Source: a virus (Duplodnaviria > Caudoviricetes). Taken from it: a DNA stretch of 32,174 nt. Numbering within the stretch: the stretch's first letter is position 1; each line of letters opens with the position of its first letter. The notes beneath the pieces are model-generated. The model made no database searches. It saw only the letters and a list, made by a program, of their open reading frames with translations, and was not told where the DNA came from. Shown piece after piece: positions 8,932 to 16,119 of this stretch. The stretch lies in IMG/VR virus record IMGVR_UViG_3300037785_000116, positions 1 through 32,174 of that record; one strand, 5' to 3'. The translations under genes were made by a program, and so were the position numbers.

Positions 8932-9179
8932 TTATCGAGATCCACGCTGTGTGTCGCGCCAGCGGAAATGGCCTCGTCCATCTCTTCCAAAGAAACAGGC
9001 TTCTGACCGGACCTGGACAGGATGCCCCGCAATTCCTTCACGGAGCGCGCCTTCAGGATGCGCACCTCACCATCAAGGATCAGGTAGCGCAGCTTGTCCC
9101 CGCTGGTCAGGCCAAGCGCGGCCCGGACATCCCTCGGCAGGGTTGTTTGGCCTTTTACTGTCACCGTCGATTCATGCAT
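8928..9179 (-). CDS. vapB: AbrB/MazE-fold antitoxin (VapB)
   Basis: 'STVTVKGQTTLPRDVRAALGLTSGDKL' swapped-hairpin signature. ATG 9179 after TAAGGA. Confidence 0.88.
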   Translation of the reverse strand: MHESTVTVKGQTTLPRDVRAALGLTSGDKLRYLILDGEVRILKARSVKELRGILSRSGQKPVSLEEMDEAISAGATHSVDLDK

Positions 9180-9184
9180 CGGCA

Positions 9185-9236
9185 AATTCCTTACTTTTTC
9201 TCAATTCTCCTTACCATATGGGGATCAGAAATGCAA
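9185..9236 (-). promoter_or_regulatory. Putative sigma70 promoter and operator repeats of vapBC
   Basis: Minus strand TTGCAT (9236-9231), 17-nt spacer, TAAGGA (9213-9208). TCCTTAC direct repeat at 9188-9194 and 9208-9214. Confidence 0.5.
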
Positions 9237-9259
9237 AGCCAAGCCAAGGACCAAGCCTG

Positions 9260-10678
9260 ATGCTCCATGCACGCATTGCTGCACGCGCCTTCAACACACC
9301 GCTGCTGGTCGAACCCTCAAAGGCCATGGCGTTTCTGTCGGGGCTCGGGCCGCGCATCCTCGGGCGGCGAGTTAAACTTATGGACAGTGACGACACGGCA
9401 GATGACGCCACCCGTCCCCCCGTGCGCGCCAGCATCCTGGCAGATGGCCTGACCGAACGGCTGCAGCAACATGGGGATGCGCCCTACCCGGTCGTTGACG
9501 GCATCGCGGTGATCGAGATCGCGGGCGTGCTGATCCATCGCGGTGGCTGGATCGGACAGTCCTCGGGTCAGACCAGCTATGAGGGGATCGCGGCACAGAT
9601 CGAGGCGGCGACACGCGATCCGTCCGTGCGCGCGGTGGCACTCGAGATCGACAGCTTTGGCGGCGAAGTGGCCGGTGCTTTTGACCTCGCCGATCGCATT
9701 CGGGCAATCCGGGGCACAAAACCCGTCTGGGCCTTTGTCGCCGAGCACGCCTTCTCGGCGGGCTATGCGCTGGCTTCCCAGGCCGACCGCATCCTCCTGC
9801 CGCGCACCGGCGCCGTGGGCAGTATCGGGGTTGTGGTCATGCATGCCGACCTCAGTGGTCAGCTGGATCAGGATGGGGTGCGGGTCACGCTTATCCACTC
9901 GGGCCAGCACAAGGTCGACGGCAATCCGTATGAGCCGCTGCCCGAGAACGTGCGCGACGACATCCAGCGCGAGATCGATGTGCTGCGGTTCCTCTTCGCC
10001 GAGACCGTCGCCGCAGGGCGCGCTGGGCGTCTGAGCCAAGATGCGGCGCTGGCGACCGAAGCCGCGACCTATCGTGGGGTCGATGCCGTCGCAGCTGGCT
10101 TGGCCGATGAAGTGGTCGACCTCACCCGTGGCTTTGCCCGCTTTCGTGAAAGCCTGTCTGCTTCATCACCTACCGCGCGGCTGCCCCGCGCCGCTCATAC
10201 CAAACCAAAGGAGGCCGCCATGAACGCCAATCGAGACACTGCAAAGGAAACTGCTGAAACCACTGACACAGAAGACACTGCGGTGGAGAGCGCTCCTGAG
10301 AGCCCGGACGCCCAGGATGACGTCAGTGGCGTGCAGGAAGAAGACCCCGCGCCCGCCGCCGCCCCCATGCAAATGCCGGCGGCCGCGCAACCCAGCAATC
10401 TGGCGGAACTCTCAGTTCAGCTTCGCGAGGCGGCAGCGGAGATCGCCGAGATCGCGGCGCAAGCAGGCCGCCTCGGCATCGCCATCGATGCCGCGAAGGC
10501 ACTGCGCGAGGGCACGGCCCCGGAAGCCCTCCGCAAACTGGTCCTTCAACGCGCCTCCGCAGCGGCGGATGCCCGCGATATCGTTGCGGCCCCACCCTCT
10601 CCTGTTCTCCCCAAATCCGCTGAAAGCCCGATTGTGGCTGCCGCGAAGAAGGCTGCCTCGGCGGGCAGCAGGGGCTGA
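9260..10678 (+). CDS. S49-family prohead protease (lambda gpC-like) with C-terminal scaffold region
   Basis: Start reassigned to ATG 9260. Motifs 'IDSFGGE', 'AFSAGYALAS', 'GSIGV', 'GLAD'. Acidic/Ala-rich tail. Confidence 0.92.
   Translation: MLHARIAARAFNTPLLVEPSKAMAFLSGLGPRILGRRVKLMDSDDTADDATRPPVRASILADGLTERLQQHGDAPYPVVDGIAVIEIAGVLIHRGGWIGQSSGQTSYEGIAAQIEAATRDPSVRAVALEIDSFGGEVAGAFDLADRIRAIRGTKPVWAFVAEHAFSAGYALASQADRILLPRTGAVGSIGVVVMHADLSGQLDQDGVRVTLIHSGQHKVDGNPYEPLPENVRDDIQREIDVLRFLFAETVAAGRAGRLSQDAALATEAATYRGVDAVAAGLADEVVDLTRGFARFRESLSASSPTARLPRAAHTKPKEAAMNANRDTAKETAETTDTEDTAVESAPESPDAQDDVSGVQEEDPAPAAAPMQMPAAAQPSNLAELSVQLREAAAEIAEIAAQAGRLGIAIDAAKALREGTAPEALRKLVLQRASAAADARDIVAAPPSPVLPKSAESPIVAAAKKAASAGSRG
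10220..10678 (+). CDS. Nested in-frame scaffolding protein (Nu3-like, 152 aa)
   Basis: AAAGGAGG followed by in-frame ATG 10220 inside the protease gene, as in lambda C/Nu3. Confidence 0.65.
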   Translation: MNANRDTAKETAETTDTEDTAVESAPESPDAQDDVSGVQEEDPAPAAAPMQMPAAAQPSNLAELSVQLREAAAEIAEIAAQAGRLGIAIDAAKALREGTAPEALRKLVLQRASAAADARDIVAAPPSPVLPKSAESPIVAAAKKAASAGSRG

Positions 10679-10709
10679 ACCGCTCTCCCCAAAAGCTGCC
10701 GCCCACCTG

Positions 10710-10748
10710 ATCCCCCGCCGCTCCTCCCCGGCGGGGGATTTCTTTTTG
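10710..10748 (+). terminator. Intrinsic terminator-like hairpin between protease and decoration genes
   Basis: ATCCCCCGCCG-CTCCTCCC-CGGCGGGGGAT, perfect 11-bp stem, then TTCTTTTT. Confidence 0.7.
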
Positions 10749-10773
10749 ACCCCCACATCTTTGGAGATTGCCC

Positions 10774-11154
10774 ATGTCCGTGCTGACCCAACCGCCCACC
10801 ATGGGCGATGTCCTCAAATACGAGCTGAACCCCAACTTCACCCGCGAGACCGTCACGCTGCTTGCCGGCACCAGCTACCCCGTTGGCGCTGTTCTTGGCC
10901 GCATCACCGCGAGCGGCAAGATGAAGCTCAGCACCGCCACAGGCACCGACGGCGCGCAGAACGCGGCCGCTGTCCTGCTTTACGACGTCGACGCGACAGG
11001 GGCCGATGCGACCGGCATCGTGGTCGTGCGCGGCCCCGCCATCGTCTCAAAAGCCGCGCTCGTGTTCGACGCCAGCGTCGATGACGCGGCCAAGACGGCC
11101 GCCAAGCACGTCCAGCTGACAGCGCTCGGCATCATCCCGCGCGACGCTGCCTGA
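10774..11154 (+). CDS. Head decoration protein (gpD-like)
   Basis: 126 aa, 'RETVTLLAG...GAVLGRITASGK...DGAQNAAAVL', directly upstream of the capsid gene. GGAG RBS. Confidence 0.88.
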   Translation: MSVLTQPPTMGDVLKYELNPNFTRETVTLLAGTSYPVGAVLGRITASGKMKLSTATGTDGAQNAAAVLLYDVDATGADATGIVVVRGPAIVSKAALVFDASVDDAAKTAAKHVQLTALGIIPRDAA

Positions 11155-11220
11155 TCCGGCGCATCGCCCGTTCTTCCCGTCGCGCTTTCGCGCGTCACCC
11201 TTCATTCCCCGGAGTTCCTC

Positions 11221-12243
11221 ATGACCATCACGCGCAACCCGTTTGACGCGGGCGGCTATTCGCTCGCCGAGATGACGCAGGCCATCAACATCCTGCCAAA
11301 CCTCTACACCCGCCTCGGCCAGATCGGCCTCTTCCGTTTTGAAGGCGTCACCCAGCGCTCGATCGTCATCGAACAGCGCCAAGGCGTCTTGAGCCTCCTG
11401 CCCTCGGTCCCGCTGGGCGCGCCAGCCACTGTCGGCACCCGCGAGCAGCGCTCGATGCGCAGCTTTGCCCTGCCTTGGATCCCGCATGACGATGTGATCC
11501 TGCCCGCCGACATTCAGGGGATGCCCGCGCTGGGCCTGTCGGATGCGGCAGACCCATTGGTCGAGGTGATGAACCGCAAGCTGACGCTCATGCGCCGCAA
11601 GCATGCCCAGACCCGCGAATACATGGAGATGAACGCGCTCCGGGGCATTGTGAAGGACGGCGCAGGCACCACGCTTTACGACTACTTTGTCGAGTTCGGC
11701 CTGGAGAAAATCTCGGTCGACTTCGTCTTTGGCACCGCAGGAACGAATGTGCAGGGTAAGGTCCGAACCGTCCTGCGCGGGATCGAGGACAGCCTTCTTG
11801 GCGAAACCATGACCACCGCGCATGCACTGGTGAGCTCGGAATTCTTCGACAAGCTGATCAGCCATCCAAAAACCGAAGAGGCCTACAAGTTCTTCTCGGC
11901 CACGGGTGGCCAGCCGCTGCGCGAAGACATGCGCCGCGCCTTCCCCTTCGCGGGCATTCTCTTCGAGGAATACAACGGCTCTGTCACGCTCTCAAACGGC
12001 ACGTCGGAGCGGCTGATCCCAGCGGGCGAGGGTATCGCCTTCCCGCTTGGCACCTTCGACACCTTCACCACTTATGGCGGACCAGCGAACCTGCTGGAAA
12101 CCGCCAACACGGTCGGTCTGCCCCTATATGCCCGCCAGATGATGGACAGCAAAGGCCGCTGGATCGATCTGATGACCGAGGCCTCGATCCTGCCGGTGAA
12201 CAAGCGCCCGCGCCTTGCGATCCGGATCTTCAGTTCAAACTGA
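11221..12243 (+). CDS. Major capsid protein, lambda gpE family
   Basis: 340 aa, 'QTREYMEMNALRG', 'YDYFVEFG', C-terminal 'ILPVNKRP'. Position after the decoration protein. Confidence 0.92.
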   Translation: MTITRNPFDAGGYSLAEMTQAINILPNLYTRLGQIGLFRFEGVTQRSIVIEQRQGVLSLLPSVPLGAPATVGTREQRSMRSFALPWIPHDDVILPADIQGMPALGLSDAADPLVEVMNRKLTLMRRKHAQTREYMEMNALRGIVKDGAGTTLYDYFVEFGLEKISVDFVFGTAGTNVQGKVRTVLRGIEDSLLGETMTTAHALVSSEFFDKLISHPKTEEAYKFFSATGGQPLREDMRRAFPFAGILFEEYNGSVTLSNGTSERLIPAGEGIAFPLGTFDTFTTYGGPANLLETANTVGLPLYARQMMDSKGRWIDLMTEASILPVNKRPRLAIRIFSSN

Positions 12244-12255
12244 AGACGCTGAGCC

Positions 12256-12567
12256 ATGACGGCCTTTGCCGTGGCAGTTGATCTGCTCTTCGCTGATCCG
12301 AACCTCGCCCATGAGGCGTGGCATCACGACAGCGAAGGGCAGTTCACCCGCATCCGCATCATTATGCGTCGCAATGATGATGTGACCACCTTCGGGGCCG
12401 CGCGTCTGGTCTCAGAGACCATGCGTTTCGATGTCCGTGTCTCGGAGCTCCCCGCGCCGCGCCCCGATGAGCAGATCCTCATCGGTGACGAAACCTTCCT
12501 GATCCAGGGTGAGCCGATCCGTGATCGCGAAAGGCTGATCTGGACCATTGAGGCCACGCCTGCATGA
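12256..12567 (+). CDS. Head-tail joining protein (gpFII-like)
   Basis: 103 aa, beta-rich, follows the capsid gene. ATGA overlap with the next gene. Confidence 0.7.
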   Translation: MTAFAVAVDLLFADPNLAHEAWHHDSEGQFTRIRIIMRRNDDVTTFGAARLVSETMRFDVRVSELPAPRPDEQILIGDETFLIQGEPIRDRERLIWTIEATPA

Positions 12568-13196
12568 AGCTCGATCTCTCCGTCTCCGGCGACATCGTCA
12601 CCGCGATGCGCGCCGAAGTCCTCGCTGGCGAAAAGGCCGTCACAGCTGCCATGCGTGCGGCGGGCAACGATCTCAAATCCAACTGGCGCGCTCAAATCAC
12701 GCGTGTCCGCCTCGGCCAGCGGCTCGCCAACACGATCAGGTCCAAGACCTATCCTGCGGCGGGCGAAAGCCTGGAAGCAGCCGCGCTCGTCTGGTCAAAC
12801 GCACCCCAGATCATCGGGGCGCATGACACGGGACCTTTGATCCGGTCGAAGGACGGGTTCTGGCTTGCCATCCCAACGCCAGCGGCTGGTAAGGGCTCGC
12901 GCGGCAAGGCGCTCACGCCCGGCGAATGGGAGAGGCGGCGTGGTCTACGCCTTCGCTTTGTCTATCGGCGGAGAGGACCAAGTTTGCTCGTGGCCGACGG
13001 GCGGTTGAACAGTCGCGGGCTGGGCGTGGCCTCTCGATCCAAGACTGGGCGTGGCCAGAGCACTGTGCCGATCTTTCTTCTGGTGCCGCAGGTAAAGTTG
13101 TCGAAACGGCTCAATCTTGCGCGGGATGCCGAACGGGCGCAGGCAGCGATACCGGGGCTGATCGTGGCGAATTGGCTGGAGGCGAAGCAGACCTAA
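12564..13196 (+). CDS. DUF6441-like basic neck/tail-completion protein
   Basis: Arg-rich 210 aa with 'GFWLAIPTPAAG' and 'VPIFLLVPQVKL', in the gpZ position. Confidence 0.7.
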   Translation: MKLDLSVSGDIVTAMRAEVLAGEKAVTAAMRAAGNDLKSNWRAQITRVRLGQRLANTIRSKTYPAAGESLEAAALVWSNAPQIIGAHDTGPLIRSKDGFWLAIPTPAAGKGSRGKALTPGEWERRRGLRLRFVYRRRGPSLLVADGRLNSRGLGVASRSKTGRGQSTVPIFLLVPQVKLSKRLNLARDAERAQAAIPGLIVANWLEAKQT

Positions 13197-13204
13197 TTCG
13201 TCAA

Positions 13205-13525
13205 TCACGGCTTAGAATAGAAAAGAAGCAAGCTATTCTGGGAATTGCAGTTCTTGCACGGAGTTCGGTCGCCTATCTGCTCAAGCGTGAGGTTCGCAAG
13301 CTTGGCATAGTCTGCAGCCAGATTTGCAGCGCTATGCTTGGTCTTCCTCAGGCACTTTGGATTCTGACAGAACGAATTCACATCATATCCGTAGCCCGCC
13401 GCCTGGAGAACGGTCAGCGTCTGATCAACCGGTGGAGGCTTCTTATAAACGGTCCGAACTGTACTACCGTTCCGATATCCGCCTTGTTGAGCGGTGCTCC
13501 AACCGTGGCTCGGTTTTCGTGGCAT
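13205..13525 (-). CDS. Small 4-Cys (putative Zn-binding) accessory protein, 106 aa
   Basis: Fills the gap between two tail genes on the opposite strand. 'CQNPKC...CKNC'. Visibly more AT-rich than the flanks. Confidence 0.6.
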   Translation of the reverse strand: MPRKPSHGWSTAQQGGYRNGSTVRTVYKKPPPVDQTLTVLQAAGYGYDVNSFCQNPKCLRKTKHSAANLAADYAKLANLTLEQIGDRTPCKNCNSQNSLLLFYSKP

Positions 13526-13587
13526 GGCTTTCTCGCCCCTTGGCCATTCCCTGCAAGACTTTATCGCCATTGAAGCGGAACTCAACG

Positions 13588-14013
13588 ATGCCATCGACAC
13601 GCGAAACCATCCTCACCGCCCTGGCGCATCTGCTGAGCACGATCCCGCATGTGCCTGTTCTGCGCGGGGAGGTGCTGCCGGAACGCGTGCCGCCTGCGGG
13701 GCTGATGATCTTGCGGGATGGTAACCCAGGAGAGCCCGGGGTGACGCTTTCACCGCTGATGTATCATTACCAACATCGCGCAGAGCTTGAGGTGATCGTC
13801 CAGTCCACCGCGCAACGGGACAGCCTGTTTGATGCGCTGACGGCGCAAATCGGCGCTGTCATCTGCGCCGATCGAACACTCGGGGGATTGTGTGATTGGG
13901 TGGAGCCAGAGGTGCCCGAGCCTGTCGATCTTCCGGTCGAGGGCGGCTCAAGCTTGAAGGCAGCCGTGGTGCCGGTGGTGTTGCATTACGCCACGGCGGA
14001 TCCGCTGGCCTAG
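13588..14013 (+). CDS. Putative tail terminator (gpU-like)
   Basis: Start reassigned to ATG 13588 (MPSTRETIL). 141 aa with 'ADRTLGGLCDW'. Last plus-strand gene before the tail tube. Confidence 0.7.
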   Translation: MPSTRETILTALAHLLSTIPHVPVLRGEVLPERVPPAGLMILRDGNPGEPGVTLSPLMYHYQHRAELEVIVQSTAQRDSLFDALTAQIGAVICADRTLGGLCDWVEPEVPEPVDLPVEGGSSLKAAVVPVVLHYATADPLA

Positions 14014-14387
14014 AGCTTGAAGCTGTCTCCGCTGATCCGCTTGTACTCGCCAACGACCTGCGCGCCTGAGGCGACCTCAAGTGTCTCATAAGCGAAGTTG
14101 GCCTTCACGCGGGCGCCGTTCTTGATGTTGACGTTCAGTGCAGAAGCCGCACCCTGCAACTCGCCCTCGATGGTGAGCTGGCGGGCTCGGACCCGTCCCC
14201 GGACGCGCGCGGTCGCGGTGATTACAACGGCATCAGCGGTGATGTCGCCCGTGATCTGTCCGCCAAACTCCAAGATGCCTCGGGAGACGATGTTGCCCTC
14301 TATCACGATGTCTTCGGCAATCACGGACCGCTTCCGGTCGACTGCCGCGGTCGGCGTAAGTGTCTGGGAAGGCTCTGAGGTGAACAT
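14010..14387 (-). CDS. Bactofilin (polymer-forming cytoskeletal protein, DUF583)
   Basis: 'SVIAEDIVIEGNI...LEFGGQITGDI...VRGRV.ARQLTIEGELQG...A.VKANFAYETLEVASGAQVVG' beta-helix repeat pattern. ATG 14387 after AAGGA. Confidence 0.88.
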   Translation of the reverse strand: MFTSEPSQTLTPTAAVDRKRSVIAEDIVIEGNIVSRGILEFGGQITGDITADAVVITATARVRGRVRARQLTIEGELQGAASALNVNIKNGARVKANFAYETLEVASGAQVVGEYKRISGDSFKL

Positions 14388-14414
14388 CAGGACAGTCCTT
14401 AGGGCGACACACGC

Positions 14415-14444
14415 CAAGTAGGCGGCTCCTGACGCGCGGGTCAA
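14415..14444 (-). promoter_or_regulatory. Putative promoter of the bactofilin gene
   Basis: Minus strand TTGACC (14444-14439), 18-nt spacer, TACTTG (14420-14415). A TGAC-N6-GTCA palindrome overlaps the -35. Confidence 0.4.
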
Positions 14445-14486
14445 GCGGCATCCACTTCGTTATACAACCTATGAGGGAACAATACC

Positions 14487-15428
14487 ATGGCACGAGCCCT
14501 AGGGGCGCGGGCGCAGATGGCGCTTGCGTTCGAGACCGCCTATGGCACGCCGCCTGTGAGCGGCTACACCAAGATGCCTTTCGCCAGCACGACGCTGGGA
14601 GCCGAGCAACCGTTACAGACCTCGGAACTGCTTGGCTACGGGCGCGATCCGCAGGCCCCGATCAAGGATGCGGTGACGGCGGATGGCGATGTGGTCATCC
14701 CGATTGATGCCGAGGCCTTCGGCTTCTGGCTGAAGGCAGCCTTTGGCACTCCCACGACCACGGGCGCTGACGCTCCTTATAACCACGAGTTCCGTTCCGG
14801 CAGCTGGGCGCTTCCCAGCTTTTCGGTCGAGACGGGCATGCCCGAGGTTCCGCGCTATGCGATGTATTCCGGCTGCATGGTGGACAGCCTTAACTGGCAG
14901 ATGGCGCGCTCTGGGCTGCTGACGGCCACGGCCAGCATCGTGGCACAGGGCGAGGCCATCGCCACGACCAGTGCGGTAGGGGCACCCGCCAATATCGCAC
15001 TGAAGCGGTTCGGTCATTTCAACGGGTCGATCACGCGGAACGGCGCGAACATCGGTAACGTTGTCTCCGCCGATCTTACCTATGCCAATAATCTCGACCG
15101 CATCGAGACCATCCGGGCGGATGGGAAGATCGATGGCGCGGACCCATCGATTGCTGCCCTGACGGGCAATGTTGTAGTGCGCTTCGCCGACCAGACGCTG
15201 GTGAACCAGGCGATCAACAGCGAGGCCTGCGAGTTGGAGTTCTCCTACACGCTGCCAACGGGCGAGAGCCTGACCGTCACCGCCCACGCGGTCTATCTCC
15301 CGCGCCCGCGGATCGAAATTTCCGGCCCACAAGGTGTGCAGGCGACCTTCGACTGGCAAGCTGCCAGCGATCCAATGGTAGGCCGGATGTGCACCGTGAC
15401 GCTCACCAACGAACGCGAGGTGTACTGA
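14487..15428 (+). CDS. Tail tube (major tail) protein
   Basis: 313 aa beta-rich, 'ETAYGTPP', 'LPSFSVE', upstream of chaperone and tape measure genes. Confidence 0.85.
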   Translation: MARALGARAQMALAFETAYGTPPVSGYTKMPFASTTLGAEQPLQTSELLGYGRDPQAPIKDAVTADGDVVIPIDAEAFGFWLKAAFGTPTTTGADAPYNHEFRSGSWALPSFSVETGMPEVPRYAMYSGCMVDSLNWQMARSGLLTATASIVAQGEAIATTSAVGAPANIALKRFGHFNGSITRNGANIGNVVSADLTYANNLDRIETIRADGKIDGADPSIAALTGNVVVRFADQTLVNQAINSEACELEFSYTLPTGESLTVTAHAVYLPRPRIEISGPQGVQATFDWQAASDPMVGRMCTVTLTNEREVY

Positions 15429-15430
15429 CC

Positions 15431-15793
15431 ATGCTGCGCTTGAACCTTTCGAATGAACCACGCTGGCTCGATCTTGGCCATGGCGTGCGGCTGCTTGTGG
15501 AGCCGCTGACCACCGCCATTATGTTGGCAGCGCGGAGCGATCCGACGATCGTCGCAGCTGCCGGTGATGCTGAAGGCGTTACCTCCAACGACGACCTTGC
15601 GCGCATCGTCGCCAAGGCCGTCGCGCGCATTGTTGTAAAGGATTGGGAAGGCGTGGGTGACGAGGACGGCAAGCAACTACCGCTGACCCCCGAGGGCGTC
15701 GATGCTCTTCTGGAACTCTGGCCAATCTTCGAGGCCTTCCAGACCAAATACATTGCCGGTGCCCTCATTCTGGACGCGGAAAAAAACGCCTGA
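15431..15793 (+). CDS. Tail assembly chaperone (gpG-like)
   Basis: 120 aa with 'VKDWEGVGDEDG', ends 'AEKNA' over a slippery sequence. Confidence 0.8.
   Translation: MLRLNLSNEPRWLDLGHGVRLLVEPLTTAIMLAARSDPTIVAAAGDAEGVTSNDDLARIVAKAVARIVVKDWEGVGDEDGKQLPLTPEGVDALLELWPIFEAFQTKYIAGALILDAEKNA
15781..15787 (+). other. -1 programmed frameshift heptamer A AAA AAC
   Basis: GAA AAA AAC GCC TGA. The -1 frame stays open to TGA 16119. Confidence 0.75.
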
Positions 15794-16119
15794 CCGCTCT
15801 CGCCGACTGGGAGTTCGGCGGGGGCGTTGAGTATTGCGCCGCATGCCCCTCTGTCTGCGCGGAATGCCCACGCACTCTCCATCAACCCTTGACCCTTGAG
15901 GGCTGGCAGATCTGGGATCTGGTGCAGCGCCTCGGCGGACAGGTGCGCGTTGCTGGTGGGATGAGCGGCGGCGCTGTCCTCGGCTGGGACATGGGCACAG
16001 CCCTCCAACTCGGTGCGGCCCTCGGGCTCTCGCCCCTGATCATCGCAGAACTCCTGCCGCCCATTGAGGCGGTGATGGTGCGCAAAACCAACGAAGAGAT
16101 CGAACATCGCAATGGCTGA
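15781..16119 (+). CDS. gpT-like extension (C-terminal part of the frameshifted gpGT chaperone)
   Basis: The -1 frame reads KKRLTALADWEFGGGVEYCAACPSVCAECPRTLHQP and runs into ORF 15889..16119. Confidence 0.7.
   Translation, partial: KKRLTALADWEFGGGVEYCAACPSVCAECPRTLHQPLTLEGWQIWDLVQRLGGQVRVAGGMSGGAVLGWDMGTALQLGAALGLSPLIIAELLPPIEAVMVRKTNEEIEHRNG

Noticed and set aside
8858-9259. N-terminal extension of the S49 protease in the ORF track
   Set aside because: Runs antisense through vapBC. Recognisable protease sequence begins at ATG 9260.
13588-14013. Enzyme (acyl-CoA transferase) label that I recall on similar proteins
   Set aside because: No enzyme motifs, too short, and its position fits a tail terminator.
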